Part shown: in pieces, positions 1 to 12,783 of the stretch
Layout of the letters: each line of letters begins with the position of its first letter
Position numbering within the stretch: the first letter of the stretch is position 1
NCBI RefSeq assembly: GCF_004010195.1
Contig: NC_057719.1
Coordinates: 16,111,744 to 16,175,743, forward strand
Direction of reading: 5' to 3'
Source of the DNA: Chiloscyllium plagiosum
Taxonomy: Eukaryota
Length of the DNA stretch: 64,000 nucleotides
The notes under the pieces: generated by a model
What the model saw: the letters and a program-made list of their open reading frames with translations, nothing else
The model's database searches: none
What the model was told of the DNA's origin: nothing
Translations under genes and position numbers: made by a program

Positions 1-410
1 CTTCTCCCAATTGTAAAACCTACCCTGTTGCACGGACCTATCTCTCTCCATAACCAAGGTGAAAGTCACAGAATTGTGGTCACCATCACCAAAATGTTCA
101 CCCACTAACAAGCCCATCACTTGTCCCGGTTCATTACCGAGTACCAAATCCAATATGGCCTCCCCTCTGGTCGGACAATCTATGTACTGAGTTAGAAAAG
201 CTTCCTGGACACACTGCACAAACACCGCCCCGTCCAATCTACTTGATCTAAAGAGCTTCCAATCAATATTTGGGAAGTTGAAATCGTCCATGACTACGAC
301 CCTGTGACTTCTGCACCTTTCCAAAATCTGTTCCCAATCTGTTTCTCCACATCTCTGCTGCTATTGGGGGGCCTATAGTAAACACCCAACAAGGTGACTG
401 CTCCTTGTTG
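1..410 (-). mobile_element. CR1-type LINE fragment (APE endonuclease region)
   Basis: Minus-strand translation VTLLGVYYRPPNSSRDVEKQI and downstream DFNFPNIDW-like motifs typical of the CR1 endonuclease. Confidence 0.85.
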
Positions 411-622
411 AAAATCTTGCATATCGACACGTTTTTCTGAAAAGGAAAGATTTGAAGCCTCCAATCCCCAATCAGGAGAGGAGGAGGGGATACATTCTGA
501 AACTGAAGAGTATGAAACCTGGATATAAAACATAACTCCAGCTAATAAATTGTTACTTATCTGCTGTTGCCATGTCCTATTTCAATGTGAAATATCTTTT
601 TCTATATTTAGTCACATAAATA

Positions 623-988
623 CAGCAAACATTTTATTAACCGGCATCTATAGGACCAGGAATGCGCCGGTTGATCAAATATTCCAGGTAATCCAGAGAT
701 CCACATAATCCATTGAAAAATATACACTAACCAATGGAAACATAATACAAGGGTATACACATTACTGTTACACTTTATTTACAGCATACGTCACTTAAAT
801 AATAATGCAACTATGCCTTAAATAAAACTTACTGGCAGATAGCCTTCTCACTCGCACCTTCAAATGACTACTTGGACATTGCAAAGATTGCAATAATACA
901 GTAAACTTTGCAGTATTTCAGGAATATAGTTTTTGCCAGTTTATCAAGAGCACCAGTTCATAAGTGCCGGTTAAAACAAAGTTTGCTG
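623..988. mobile_element. Tc1/mariner (Tigger/pogo-like) MITE
   Basis: About 24-bp TIRs (CAGCAAACATTTTATTAACCGGCA versus the reverse complement of TGCCGGTTAAAACAAAGTTTGCTG) flanked by TA on both sides; no ORF. Confidence 0.8.
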
Positions 989-1934
989 TAAATACTGAAT
1001 ACATGATTTACACTAAAAGTACACAGGCCCAATTTGAGACCAGTTCTGACCCAGTCCTACTTCAGAGACACTGCCAGGTTCCCTGTTTCTAGACAAGGGG
1101 CTGGATTTTATGGGTGGGCAGACTCTCACTTGCCCCATTCCTGGAAGAAACGTGGGCCTAAACGAAAACAGCCTTAACTAAGCTGAGCATCAGACTACAA
1201 GTAGTTCCACAAAGCAGCTTCATGGATGCCAGAGTCAGGTATATCCTGGAGTTTGGGCCAGGGAGGGATCAGATACCCAAAGCAAGAGAATGGGGATGTG
1301 CTGGTGTGGCTGTGCTTTTTGGGGGCCAGACACAGAGAGAAGAGCAAGTCCAGACGATCTTAGGTAGAGTGCTCCCCCCACCAACATACATCGGCATATG
1401 CCACAGTATGTATCCTCCCCTCTTCTTCCTGCCTGTCATCACATTTGGTGACAAGTTGGCCTTTTCTATCTCACTCACCTTCTACTGCCGATTGTATTAT
1501 GGCAGTGGAGGCAGATTGAGGGCCTTAAGGGAGCAATAATTTGATCATTTGGACCTCAATAGAAAGATGGACAGGCAGGAGTAGAGACTATACCCTCCCT
1601 CTCCCACCCCCATTAATCTCACCTTCGCGACTCCACCTACCCCGTATCATGGAGACAATGTTTGGGGTTGTCGTAACAATATCAGTCTAGCCACCAAACA
1701 CGCTTAGTTTTGGGGGAGATGAGGATGGGAAATAAAATCCACTTGCACATTCCCCAAATTAGGAAATATTGAATAATTATATAAAGGTGAAGAGCAGCTC
1801 GCAAAAGAATGGACTTACAGATTATTGTTGCAACAGTAATAGAAACACCAGCAAATTGGACACCATCATTCAGGGGATGGGTTGAAAAGTGGAGAGAAAA
1901 TAAATTGTAGCAACACTACAACACAGCTTCCACT

Positions 1935-2160
1935 GTACAGAAATATAAAACAAAGAACTGAGGATGCTGGAAAACGGAAATAAAAACATAATTTGCTGAA
2001 AAAATCAGCAGGTCTGGCAGCATTTATGGATTGATTTTTGAATTCCAGTAACTTTTCTTCAGAACTGAAGAAGGGTTACTGGACACAAAATGTTCACACT
2101 GCTTTCCCTCCATAGATGCTGCCAGACCTACTGAGTTTCTCCAGTGAGTTCTGTTTTCAT
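1935..2160. mobile_element. Old PLE-terminal-repeat-like element (family D), inverted plus direct halves, next to the TC2N donor site
   Basis: Contains CTGAAGAAGGGTTACTGGACAC...AGATGCTGCCAGACCTACTGAGTTTCTCCAG and, upstream, the reverse complement of its 3' part. Related copies at about 10160, 15140-15370, 22870, 34600, 35310 and 63500. Confidence 0.6.
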
Positions 2161-2185
2161 TACCAAGGGCTCGGTTAGGCCTTAC

Positions 2186-2271
2186 CTGTACTATGTTGAT
2201 CCAGATTTGTTCCACATTTGGGTTGTAACTCAGTTTCAGGTTGAGCTTTCCAAAGTCATCAGGAAGTGTAT
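2186..2271 (-). CDS. TC2N: TC2N exon starting the C2A domain ((D)TLPDDFGKLNLKLSYNPNVEQIWINIVQ)
   Basis: DFGKLNLKLSYNPNVEQIWI matches TC2N [20 protein letters not shown], the first strands of a synaptotagmin-type C2 domain. Acceptor tttttccag, donor CAG|gtaagg; 86 nt, phase 1-0. Confidence 0.92.
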
Positions 2272-2589
2272 CTGGAAAAAGACCGTAAACTTCTAAATGC
2301 GTATATCTTCGGTCATCCCCACATGCCATGTTTCTTGCTCTATAAGGTCCTCCATGTATTTGTGACATCCATATTTTTCCATTATGGAGATCCAGGCTGA
2401 GAAATTTTCATTTCTAATAATGCTTTGAGTAACCTGACATCCCACAGTCACTACCATTTGGTTAAAACAAATATTCTTGTACACAATAGATAGACAAATG
2501 GAATCATGGTACAGATCAGCCACAATGCAACCAAATGGGGTAGCATGCTTGAGGGGCTGACTGGCTTAGTAGTGTTGTCATAAAAGTAA

Positions 2590-3960
2590 GTAGTCGAGTA
2601 ACTACTGGAGAAACTTCTGAATGAGGGAATTAATGTCCACTTGGAGAGTCAAGGATTAATCAGGGATAGTCAGCATATCATTGTCAGAGGAAGGTCTTGC
2701 TTAACAAATTTGATGGAATTTTTAAGGGGAGGTGACCAAGTATGTATATGAGGGTAGTGTTGTTGATGTAGTATATGGATTTCCACAAAGTCCACAACAG
2801 GAGTCAGATAAATAAGGTAAAAGCATCTAGAGTAACTTGGCAAGTTGGAGCTAAAATTGGGAGGAGACGGAGGGTGGTGGTAGAAGGCTGTTTGTGTGAC
2901 TGGAGACTGGTGTGCAGTGGCATAATACAGGAATCAGTGCTGGATCCCTGCTTGATCATGATATATATAAATGATATAGAAGAAAATATGGGGTGCGGGG
3001 GATGATAAGTAAGTTTGATGACACAAAGATTGGCTTGATGGTTCACAGTGAGGAAGAAGGTCTTAGGTTACAGGTGGACATCGACAAATTAGTCAGATGG
3101 GTAGAACAGTGGCAGATGGAATTAAAACTGTGAGGTGATGCACTTTGGAAGAAATAACAAGAAGAGGGAGTACTCAATGAATGGCAAGACACTAGGAAAC
3201 ACAGAGGAACAGTGGAATCTTGAGGTGCTAGTGCACAGATCCCTGAAGATGGCAGGGCAGGTTAATAGAATAGTTAAGGTGGCATATAGAACACTTGCCT
3301 TTACCAATTGTGGCAGAAATTATAAGAGTAAGGAGGTTATGTTGGAGCTGTACAGAACTTTGGAGCTGGATTACTGTGTGCAGGGTCGCTGCACTATAGG
3401 AAGGATGTGACTGCACTGGAGGAGATGCAGAGGAAATTCATCCAGGTTGCTGCCTGGAAAGGAGAAGTTTAGATGTGAAGAGAGGCTGGATAAGCTCGAG
3501 TTGTCTTCTTCAGGCACAGAAGGCCTGATTGAGATGTACAAGTTTATATGAGGGGCCTTGAAAGGCCTCATGGAAAGCAGCTGTGGCAATAACAGCAGGG
3601 GCATTGTTTAAACTGTTTAAGAGAAATGCTTTCAGCCAGGGATCGGTGGAAACTTGGAATGCATTGCATGGATGAGGAGTTGAGGTGAAAAACCAAGGTG
3701 AAAGTGAGGACTGCAGATGCTTGAGATTAGAGTTGAAACTGTGGTGCTGGAAAAACACAGCAAGTCAAGCAGCATCCGAGGAGCAAGAGAATTTACGTTT
3801 CAGGCAAAAGCCTTTCATCAGGAAACCTCACAACTTTTCAAAGTACTTGAATGAGCACTTGAGTGATGGAAATTGGGACTAGAGTAGGTTTAGACTGGTT
3901 TTTTGTTGATACATTTTTGATGGGCTGAAGGGCCTCTTCAGAACTGCATGAATGTATGAC
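2590..3960 (+). mobile_element. Degenerate CR1 LINE (RT domain to 3' end), interrupted by a PLE repeat
   Basis: ORF fragments RRRVVVEGCLCDWR...YINDIE and MHFGRNNK...LYRTL; CR1-type 3' UTR. Confidence 0.9.
3695..3824 (-). mobile_element. Solo Penelope-like terminal repeat (family A) with hammerhead motif
   Basis: Minus strand reads TTC-CTGATGA-AAGGC-TTTT-GCCT-GAAACGTA. Homologous to the terminal repeat attached to the GIY-YIG ORF remnant at about 14 kb. Confidence 0.8.
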
Positions 3961-4317
3961 AAAAGAGTTATAGATCATGGTCTAGCTACCTAAAGGAATC
4001 TTATTATAACTAATATCCTTCACAAAAGGTTGAGTAAGCTTTATTCTTGTTATTATGTAAATAGGTCACTAAGGGAATGAGGGCGGGAGAGAAAAAAAAT
4101 GAATAGGAACTGTCTGAAATAAATGGCCATTGCAAGTGCTTTAGTCCAAGGTGCTAAACAGAAAATGACTCTTCTATTCAGTATACACCTTTTACTGGAA
4201 GATTGCAGTTTTAAAATATCTTCACCAGCAAGTGCTCCAAGTGAGATTGTAAGATACAGGGTCCAAATTTAACACTATCCAGTCAATGGCAATGGCTGAG
4301 TGGAGGTGAGAGTTGAG

Positions 4318-5201
4318 CGCAGCAGGTCAGGCAGCATCCAAGGAACAGGAGAATCTACGTTTCGGGCATGAGCCCTTCTTCAGGAATGTTTGCCCAGCAG
4401 GCTAAGATAAAAGGTAGGGAGGAGGGACTTGGGGGAGGGGCGCTGGAAATGCGAAAGGTGGAAGGAGGTCAAGGTGAGGGTGATAGGCCAGAGTGGGGGT
4501 GGGGGCGGAGAGGTCAGGAAGANNNNNNNNNNNNNNNNNNNNNNNNNNNNNNNNNNNNNNNNNNNNNNNNNNNNNNNNNNNNNNNNNNNNNNNNNNNNNN
4601 NNNNNNNNNNNNNNNNNNNNNNNNNNNNNNNNNNNNNNNNNNNNNNNNNNNNNNNNNNNNNNNNNNNNNNNNNNNNNNNNNNNNNNNNNNNNNNNNNNNN
4701 NNNNNNNNNNNNNNNNNNNNNNNNNNNNNNNNNNNNNNNNNNNNNNNNNNNNNNNNNNNNNNNNNNNNNNNNNNNNNNNNNNNNNNNNNNNNNNNNNNNN
4801 NNNNNNNNNNNNNNNNNNNNNNNNNNNNNNNNNNNNNNNNNNNNNNNNNNNNNNNNNNNNNNNNNNNNNNNNNNNNNNNNNNNNNNNNNNNNNNNNNNNN
4901 NNNNNNNNNNNNNNNNNNNNNNNNNNNNNNNNNNNNNNNNNNNNNNNNNNNNNNNNNNNNNNNNNNNNNNNNNNNNNNNNNNNNNNCCTCCTTCCACCTA
5001 TCATTTCCAATGCCCCTCCCCTAAGTCCCTCCTCCCTACCTTTTATCTTAGCCTGCTGGACACACTTTCCTCATTCCTGAGGAAGGGCTCATGCCCGAAA
5101 CGTCGATTCTCCTGTTCCTTGGATGCTGCCTGACCCGCTGCGCTTTTCCAGCAATACATTTTCAGCTCTGATCTCCAGCATCTGCAGTCCTCACTTTCTC
5201 C
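4318..5201. mobile_element. Penelope-like element with inverted terminal repeats spanning an assembly gap (N 4523-4986)
   Basis: The two arms are reverse complements of each other. A 17-bp direct repeat TGGAGGTGAGAGTTGAG at 4301-4317 and 5202-5218 is the TSD. Hammerhead motifs at about 4353-4388 (-) and 5071-5110 (+). Confidence 0.85.
5071..5110 (+). ncRNA. Candidate minimal hammerhead ribozyme (family A)
   Basis: UUC-CUGAGGA-A-GGGC-UCAU-GCCC-GAA-ACGU-C-GA. Confidence 0.6.
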
Positions 5202-5525
5202 TGGAGGTGAGAGTTGAGTCTAACCTCTCCCATGCACTACTGCTGCTGGAACCAGTCCAATGCCTGCGATTTTGCCACATTAAATAATAACTGCGACATG
5301 TCCTTCCCCAGGCTCCACTTACATTCAAATAAAAATGTGTCTTTGATTATATGCTTGTCACTGCTGCCCAGTCTGAGGAAAATTAAGAAGATTTTTCAGT
5401 GACTCAATGTACAACTTATGGACATGGGATACAAAACAGCCTCCAGCAGGGCTCTACATTGAAAACTTTGTGCTTTTGCTACAGCCCGGTGTTTGGTATG
5501 GATAGATAAGGGGTATTATGTTTCT

Positions 5526-5750
5526 GAGAGAGTGTATTTGAGAGAAAGAGAGAGAGAGCAAGAGAGGGAGAGAGAGAGAGTGTGCATCTGCAAGAGCAGC
5601 AGATGCCTAAAGTGCAGTGCAAAGTATTATAGAAGGAGTTGCGGTGGGGGGGGGAACAAGATAGAGGGAGAGAGAGAGAGGGAGAGAGAGAGTGAGTGCG
5701 TGTGTAAGAGAGAGAGAGAGTGACAGAGACAGATAGACAGAGAGAGAAAA
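5526..5750. repeat. Imperfect (GA)n/(GT)n microsatellite cluster
   Basis: Runs of gagagaga and gtgtgt seen directly. Confidence 0.9.
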
Positions 5751-5903
5751 ACATTAACTAATTCAAGGTCAGGCATGCCATCAAACCTGTAGTGCAGAAA
5801 ACCAAGGGGTTGCATTCCTTGAAACAGTTCAGTTGTACAGCTATCAACTCTATTAAAAATGCACTGTGAACTAGATCCAGGTGATATTGTTTTCAAAACT
5901 CAC

Positions 5904-5979
5904 CTATGCTTCGAGAGCTTCCCTGGGAATCCATCAAAGAAGACAGTGTGCTGCTTATACTGGAGGCTGAACTAAACCT
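5904..5979 (-). CDS. TC2N: TC2N coding exon (RFSSASSISSTLSSLMDSQGSSRSI)
   Basis: Resembles TC2N [25 protein letters not shown]. T-rich tract plus cgcag acceptor, donor TAG|gtgagt; 76 nt, phase 0-1. Confidence 0.9.
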
Positions 5980-8442
5980 CTGCGTTCATAAAAAGAAAAA
6001 ACACAAGTTTGATTCAGGAATGGGAAAACATTTTGTCACTTGAGCAGGAAATAGAGGAACGTGGTATTCAATTCCTTAGCATTCTTCACAGAATCACAGA
6101 ACTATTAAGGTACAGAAGGAGGTCATTTAGCCTATCATGCCTGCACTGATTCTATTCCCTTGTGACAATCTTTTGTGTTATCTCTATACTCCAAATATTC
6201 ATCCAATGCCTCAGCTGAACTTGCCCCCGTTTCATTGCCAGGCATTTCCTCATATTGTGAATTAATGTTTTATGTTTATATTAAACTTCGGTCAACTGCT
6301 TTGTACATGACTGCTGAAAACACACAGTTCTCCTCCATGTACTGAACAGTAAAATTAGCAGGCATTAAAGAGAACAAAGTTAAAGAAATACTGGATAGGG
6401 TGACAAGAGGTATACAATATGCAACAATTGATCCAGGTTGTGGACTGAACTATTGTGAAATCATTAGCTTCAGTGTTCTAATTTTACTGAAACTCTTTTT
6501 GTTCTAATTTTACTGAAACTCTGCTGAAACTTAGCCTAACTGATGACCCACAGAGATTTTCTCCTCACGTTGCTGGAAACAGTTGCACAGGAAATTAATC
6601 TTTTCTCTATCTTATTTTTGAGTGACTTCAGGATAATTCTGGAATGTTGGCAATTCAAAATTGATGTGTGAGGATAGTGGGTGTGGGTGGCTATCTTAGT
6701 TACTAACTTGGCAAAGTTTGTCTTAGGTTTGAAAAAGAATATACTGTGCACAGTGAAAGGAAATTCTAAACAGTGATTGCTCATTTTCTGGAGAAGTGCT
6801 TTCTGAACCACAAGTGGCAGCTTGCTGACTCACTGCATGGTACAAAGGAAAGGACTCCTCCCTTCCCTTAATTTAAAGGGATTATTCCACATAGCATTGC
6901 TGTCCATTGAAATCTTTTCAAGGCATGGTGTTTAAAAACACATTGGCACATACCTGAAGAAAGTTAATTAAAGCTACTGTGAAGGAGCAGTCACGCTGCA
7001 TTATTGCCAGAAACCGAGATAACCTTGTCGAATGTCTTTAAGGAAAAGGTATATTTTTGAACAGTAAAGGAATTAAGTGTTACGGTGAGTTGGTGGGTGA
7101 GTGGATCTGAGTCCATGAAAAGATCAGCCATGATCTTATTGAATGGTAGAGCGGACTTGAGGGGCCAGGTAGCCTACTCTTATGTAACCTTCTTCCGTGC
7201 TGAAAAACCGTCAATCAGAAAGGGTTCACCAAGTATTGAAGGTGCGTACATTTCTGTTGCATGTCACGGTTGAATGAAAAACCCTGACGTCAATACTCCA
7301 AGGCAAGATGTGAAGCATAGCTTTTTTAAAAAGAAATCTGGTAAATGAGGGTTATAAAAATAATTACCGAGGTTTTCCAGCTTGTTGAAACCCCCCGCGC
7401 CCCCCCCAATGTACATTCGTCAAACACATGTGTATATAGTCCACTGACGTAGTCTAGTAAGCTACTCCACTGCAAGAAAAATATCTAGCCAGTCTAACAT
7501 TATGGGAGGTTCCTCGCCTTAAAAAACTGCACTGTTCTACACAGAAGACCAATACTGCTGTCAAAGAAAGCATTTTTGGAATCAGTGTTACTTGAAATAG
7601 CTAACATAACAATCTTATCTGAAAGGCACCTCAATGACTGACATTCATTGAATCCCCACTTGGACTTTCCAGTAACATCACTCAACCCTTACACTGTAGC
7701 ACTGGATTCCAATGCTTTGGACAGAGAGGCCATGAGGATTTCCAAAGATTTACGGAATGGCTAGAGCATCAAGAGAGGCCATTTAGTCCATCATTCTGTG
7801 CCTGATCTCTGCAAGAGAAACTGAGTTCACTCACCATTACCCCAGTCTTTCATTGCTAGCATTGCCAATGTTCTGACTTACGGTGATTTCCCATTCCTTG
7901 TTGAGATCTATGAGTGAACCTGCATTGGTTGTGTCAGGTCTTTAGAGGGGGGTGAGGAGAGTGGTGTTAAACTGGAGGCGGCTGTGCAATTAGGAAGGGA
8001 TATGCAGAGAGAAAGAAAGGGTCTGGTCAGGGAAAGGGTTGGGTGGAGTGGTAGGGTTAGGGGTCTGGGCTTTAAGGAGTTAAGGTTATAATTGGTGCAG
8101 GGGTAAAAGGAGGTGGGTGAGTCTGACATTCAGTTTAATAATTACTCAGAAATTGAAGTAGGTTTTTAATCCTCTACCTTTCCCTCAATAATTATCAGTT
8201 TAACTGCACCAGAACCCTCCAAAATGTAATCATTTGTTTCAGGTGGTTTCAGACTCAGGGAAATTGTCCAGCAGAATCTGAGTAAATTCCTGCTACATCT
8301 GGAATTTCTCATGGTTCTTGCACACAGTCTGAGCTCGTCCAACAATTCCCTAACCATTGGCATATCCAGGTCTTTAATTCCCCAGTGGTTCAGTCGATCT
8401 TTTGTCTGCATCACAGTTAGACCAAGCAAGGGAAGGGCAGAG

Positions 8443-8658
8443 AGGCACAGCAGGTCAGGCAGCATCCGATGAGCAGAAAAATCGACGTTTTGGGCAAAAG
8501 CCCTTCATCAGGAATAGAGGCCAATCAGGAATAGATGAAGGGCTTTTGCCCGAAACATCGATTTTCCTGCTCCTCGGATGCTGCCTGACCTGCTGTGTTT
8601 TTCCAGCACCACGCTGATCTAAACTCTGGTTTCCAGCATCTGCAGTCCTCACTTTTGC
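8443..8658. mobile_element. Short palindromic PLE-derived insertion (family A)
   Basis: Inverted arms around about 8520; near-identical 16-bp flanks CAAGGGAAGGGCAGAG (8427-8442) and CAAGGGGAGGGTAGAG (8659-8674). Confidence 0.8.
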
Positions 8659-8712
8659 CAAGGGGAGGGTAGAGTCCTATCACTTTGGGAGAATACCAGG
8701 TAGTTTCTTTTA

Positions 8713-9062
8713 ACTCATTCACAGGACAAAGGCATCACTGGCTAGGCCAGCCTTTATTGTCCATTCCTAATTGCCCAGATGGCAATTAAGAATCAATTAC
8801 ATTGCGGTGGGTCTGGAGTCACATGTAGGCCAGACCAGGTAAGAATGGCAGTTTCCTTCCCTAAAGGGCATTAGTGAGCCAGATGGGTTTTCCCTGAAAA
8901 TTGACAATGGATTCACAATCATCATCAGGGTTGTATTTCCAGATTTTTATTGAATTCAAATTCCACCATCTGTCATGGCTGGATTCAAACCTGAGTCCCC
9001 AGAACATCACCCGAGTCTCTGGACTAATAGTCCAGCAATAATGCCACTAGACTATTGCCTCC
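8713..9062 (-). mobile_element. tRNA-derived SINE (second family)
   Basis: tRNA-like head on the minus strand. Homologous copies at 16406-16745 (-), 38715-39050 (+) and 42835-43162 (+). The tail resembles the LINE end at about 48520. Confidence 0.75.
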
Positions 9063-12000
9063 CCCTGGAAAGTGGGTAAAGGACAAAGGAAATACTCAGA
9101 CCTGTTCAGTTATAAACAGAACAATCCAACTCACTGGGTGTATGTTATAATATCATTTAGAAAGATGCCAAGAATATTCACTCACAGCTTTAAGAGACAC
9201 TTAACAGTGGGAGGCAGATGGAATCCCTCTCAAACGAAAACAATGTTTCACAAACTCAGAGGTGCTTTTTTGGATTTCATTTGGTACTTATTTTTTTAAA
9301 TCATCTAAATGAGTAGAAGTGGCAGAATTTGCAACACACTTTTATTGGCTAAATTGGCTCATTAGATTTTAAGCTTTTTTTTCCATCTTCAGAACACATT
9401 AAAAAATTAAAATATATTATTGAGAATTATGAGAAAGCTCTCCAAATTTTGAGGAAAAATGAAAAGAGAATCCAATATAAGAGCAAAGGACTGGGGGAAA
9501 AGGTGATTGTGCATGCTGATTGCTTATTTATCTGATAACATTGAAAAAAGTTTCCATTTTAATCTTTTGGCTTGTTCACCTTCATTGTGTTCTATTTCCT
9601 TCAGATAGTTTGATAAAGTGTTCACCAAAACTCATTTTCAGAGCCACATCCCCTTCCTGAATGATTGTCTCCAGCTCTGTTATACCCTGCACAGATTCCA
9701 AATGAAGGTCCATCCTTCATGTTTTGAATCCTCTCAAGATGACAACTATCTTAGAGACGTACAGCACTCTTCATACTGCTACTCCCACCACATCCTGAGA
9801 TCTACACTCAGTGTTGTTGTGCACTGCCGCACGTACACTCTGGACCTCTCTGTCCATTAGCACCATCTCAATCCCAAAGGTGTCCCATGCCCCAGTTCTA
9901 TTTCTTTCTTTATTGTATTCGCACTTAACAAGAAACGTTTTCCTCTTTGTTTGAGGTGTAAAGGCATGCAAACTCCAAAAACACTTAGGAGCAAAAGCTC
10001 CTCTGGAACTTTCCTCCCCCAGACTCCAACCTCATCTCTTCTTTTAATCTTGCTGTGTATTTGCTATACTCTCTGAACCTTCCCTCCCCCCAACATCTGT
10101 TCCATTTTGTCCTCTCCCGACTCTGTCAACGGTATAAAAGAATACCATTTTCCAGCCCATTCCAATTCTGAACAGTCATATCAGACTCAAAACAGCAATT
10201 TTGTTTCTCTTTGCAGATGATACTAAACCTGCTGAGTTTCTCCAACATTTTTTGTTTTCTGTATTTGAGATTTTCAGCATCCGCAATATTTTGTGTTCAG
10301 TTATTATAGCAATGAGCAGGCTGGCTATTGATTTTACTTACTTTTGGAGATCTGTTTCCAGGTTTACATGGGGAACTTGCTGTTTTGCTTATATTCTACA
10401 GATAAGTCCCCAGGCAACTGAGACAATAAAGTGGCACTGCAGCTTAGAGCTGCTTCCCAACTAGATGCTAGGTCACCGCATCACAGAAGTGTTAAAGTGC
10501 AGAAGGAGGCCAATTAGCCCATTATACTTATACCTGCAATGATGACTGCATGGTAAAACTGTTGACAAACTATTGGATTGCAACAAGCACATCCATACAT
10601 GATTCCCCGACATTATGTCCAATCCAAGTGCAGGTCAGTGGGATTATTGCAAAGCCAATAACATCAGACTGACATAGTGGGTCGGAAAACATGCCGTCAT
10701 AAGAGCAAATGTAGGACATTGGCATCCTGTACTTGGAAAATGAGGCTTTGCGTGAAAGGTATGGCCTACGAGGGTCTGACTCACACTGCATTTGATGTTT
10801 TTAAGCTTTTCAGACCAATAGCCAGGGGCCCACTTTTGGGTCATGGGTGGTCTTCTTCATATCATTAGTTGGTACATTTCCAATGAACCAGTGCATGCAG
10901 AAAGCCCACCTGGGAGCTGTACCTGCAGTTAAATGCTACCGTGAGGAGAGTTTATCAGGCATACTTCAAAGATGTAGTCCCTGCTGCTGTCCGACATAGC
11001 CAGATCAACCAGCAGCCATACCATTCCCAGCTCATGGAGCAGCACTGACCTCGCTATATACAGGACCTTGAAAAACTCACCAAGAAAGGCATTTAAAACT
11101 CTGTCAGATATCCTGTGAAACAGTAGGTTCTATTCATACATCTGGCATCAAATCATCATCAATATCTATGGAACCCTGGAATTTATGCACCACATACAGC
11201 CACCACCTCAGCACCAATCCAACAGGAGAGAAACTTGTCTTTGACATTCCTTGAAGACAACTGGCTGCGCTCAAATGAATGCACAAAGGATCGAGGCACT
11301 CTCCTTAAGGTGAAAGGTGAGGGGGAATGACCTGAAGTATATTTGTGGCTATGAGGATCAAACCATGCAGCACATCAAAGCAATCTGCCCACTAACATCA
11401 GTTGTGGGAGGCACATAATTTCTTCACTCAATACCTCAGAAGGTCAAACCAGCCATCCAATTTTAACCAGACACCATCATAGAAAAAGACAAATGGTAGG
11501 GTTCCCCAACATGAAGTGTCAATGAAAAACAATTCACCAAGAACACTTGACTAAAAACAAGATCACAAATCATATCAAATTTCAAAGAATCTTGCGAACT
11601 ATTTCAAATTATAAAATGATTTGCCAATTGGTCAGTGTGAAAATATCTAGTAGCAAGAGAAGACATAATTGATCTATATTTACCTTATATTTCCGCTCAC
11701 ACAAAATAAGCCTCTTATGTAGAGGCTGGGATTTGAGAAGGTATACACCTATTCCATTTTCTGTATCCATTTGTGCTGCAGAAGCTAGCAGCCTGTGGAG
11801 ATGGTATCATCTGAGTGCAGGACTTCCCACTGCTGGTGACATTTGCCCAGTAATTAGAGTCCATCTGGGACTGTTTTAATGGGTTCAAGAGTCATTTGTC
11901 AGTCAGTCATTTTTGGTCAGTTAGAGGCAGCTGAAACTTAGTGCAGCTGAAAGACTGAAGTATGGGGAAACCCTGATGTAGAGTCAGCCTTAGCTAAATT

Positions 12001-12697
12001 GTTTGTGTACTCCATAGAGGACACAGGTTCCCGAGGAGAGCTAAGGAGCTGAGTGGTGAGCAGCCAATGGGCTCTCCTAGGTTTGAGCAATCATGCCTGA
12101 CAGCTCTTGCAGGTTAAGAAAAAAGCAGGAAAGTCTCCAGGCTGAATAGGATCTGTTAAACAAGTTTCATGGCGAGATTTCAGAAACTGAGTCATTGGAA
12201 TCCCTTGTTAAGGAGTCGCAGTTATAAATGAGATTCGGTGACTCATAGAATCTGGGTATGTTGCTGAGAAATCTCTGGGGACTGCCTTGACCACATTTAT
12301 TATTTGTGTACTTTGTGAGTGTTCAGCCATGTTTCTCTGTTAACTCACATTTACCTAATATTAATTCTGGACGTTGAGAGTATAAGTGGTATGTGTTTGT
12401 GTGTGTTTTGTTTGTGTGTTTGTTTCTTTTGTTTGTTTAAAAATACTGTTGGACCTTGTGCATTTATTCTCTTAGCCACAGCCTGAGATTTTAAATTTCA
12501 ACTTCTTTAAACAATAAAGTTCTGAGCCAGATTGTAAAATAAATTGAGCAGCTTTGTCTGGGATTGTAATATAATTTCACAGTTTCATCTAGGATTATAA
12601 GAGAAGATGCACACCTATTCCAACAATATCAACTTCAGACTCCAATAAGATTGTAATCAGGGTTGGTGATAGAAGTCAAAGTTAATTGAAAACTTAC

Positions 12698-12783
12698 TTG
12701 CATGCGCTGTGGATTTGAAAGATCCAACATGGAACTGCTTAAGCCTTGTGCATTACTCATTTTTGGGATCCTCAATTCCCAAG
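12698..12783 (-). CDS. TC2N: TC2N coding exon ((A)WELRIPKMSNAQGLSSSMLDLSNPQRMQ)
   Basis: Resembles TC2N CDLR...PGLSKSMFDLTNSSQRFIQ. Acceptor tttgtgtttcag, donor CAA|gtaagt; 86 nt, phase 1-0. Confidence 0.9.

Noticed and set aside
294..533. Minus-strand ORF with a plausible acceptor as the next TC2N exon
   Set aside because: The translation does not resemble the continuation of the C2A domain and runs into CR1 endonuclease sequence without a donor.
4368..5133. Long ORFs in several frames
   Set aside because: Artefacts of the N gap.
5479..5896. ER- and LS-repeat ORFs
   Set aside because: Translation of the GA microsatellite.
6475..6521. Short tandem duplication of TGTTCTAATTTTACTGAAACTC
   Set aside because: Ordinary slippage duplication with no evidence of function.
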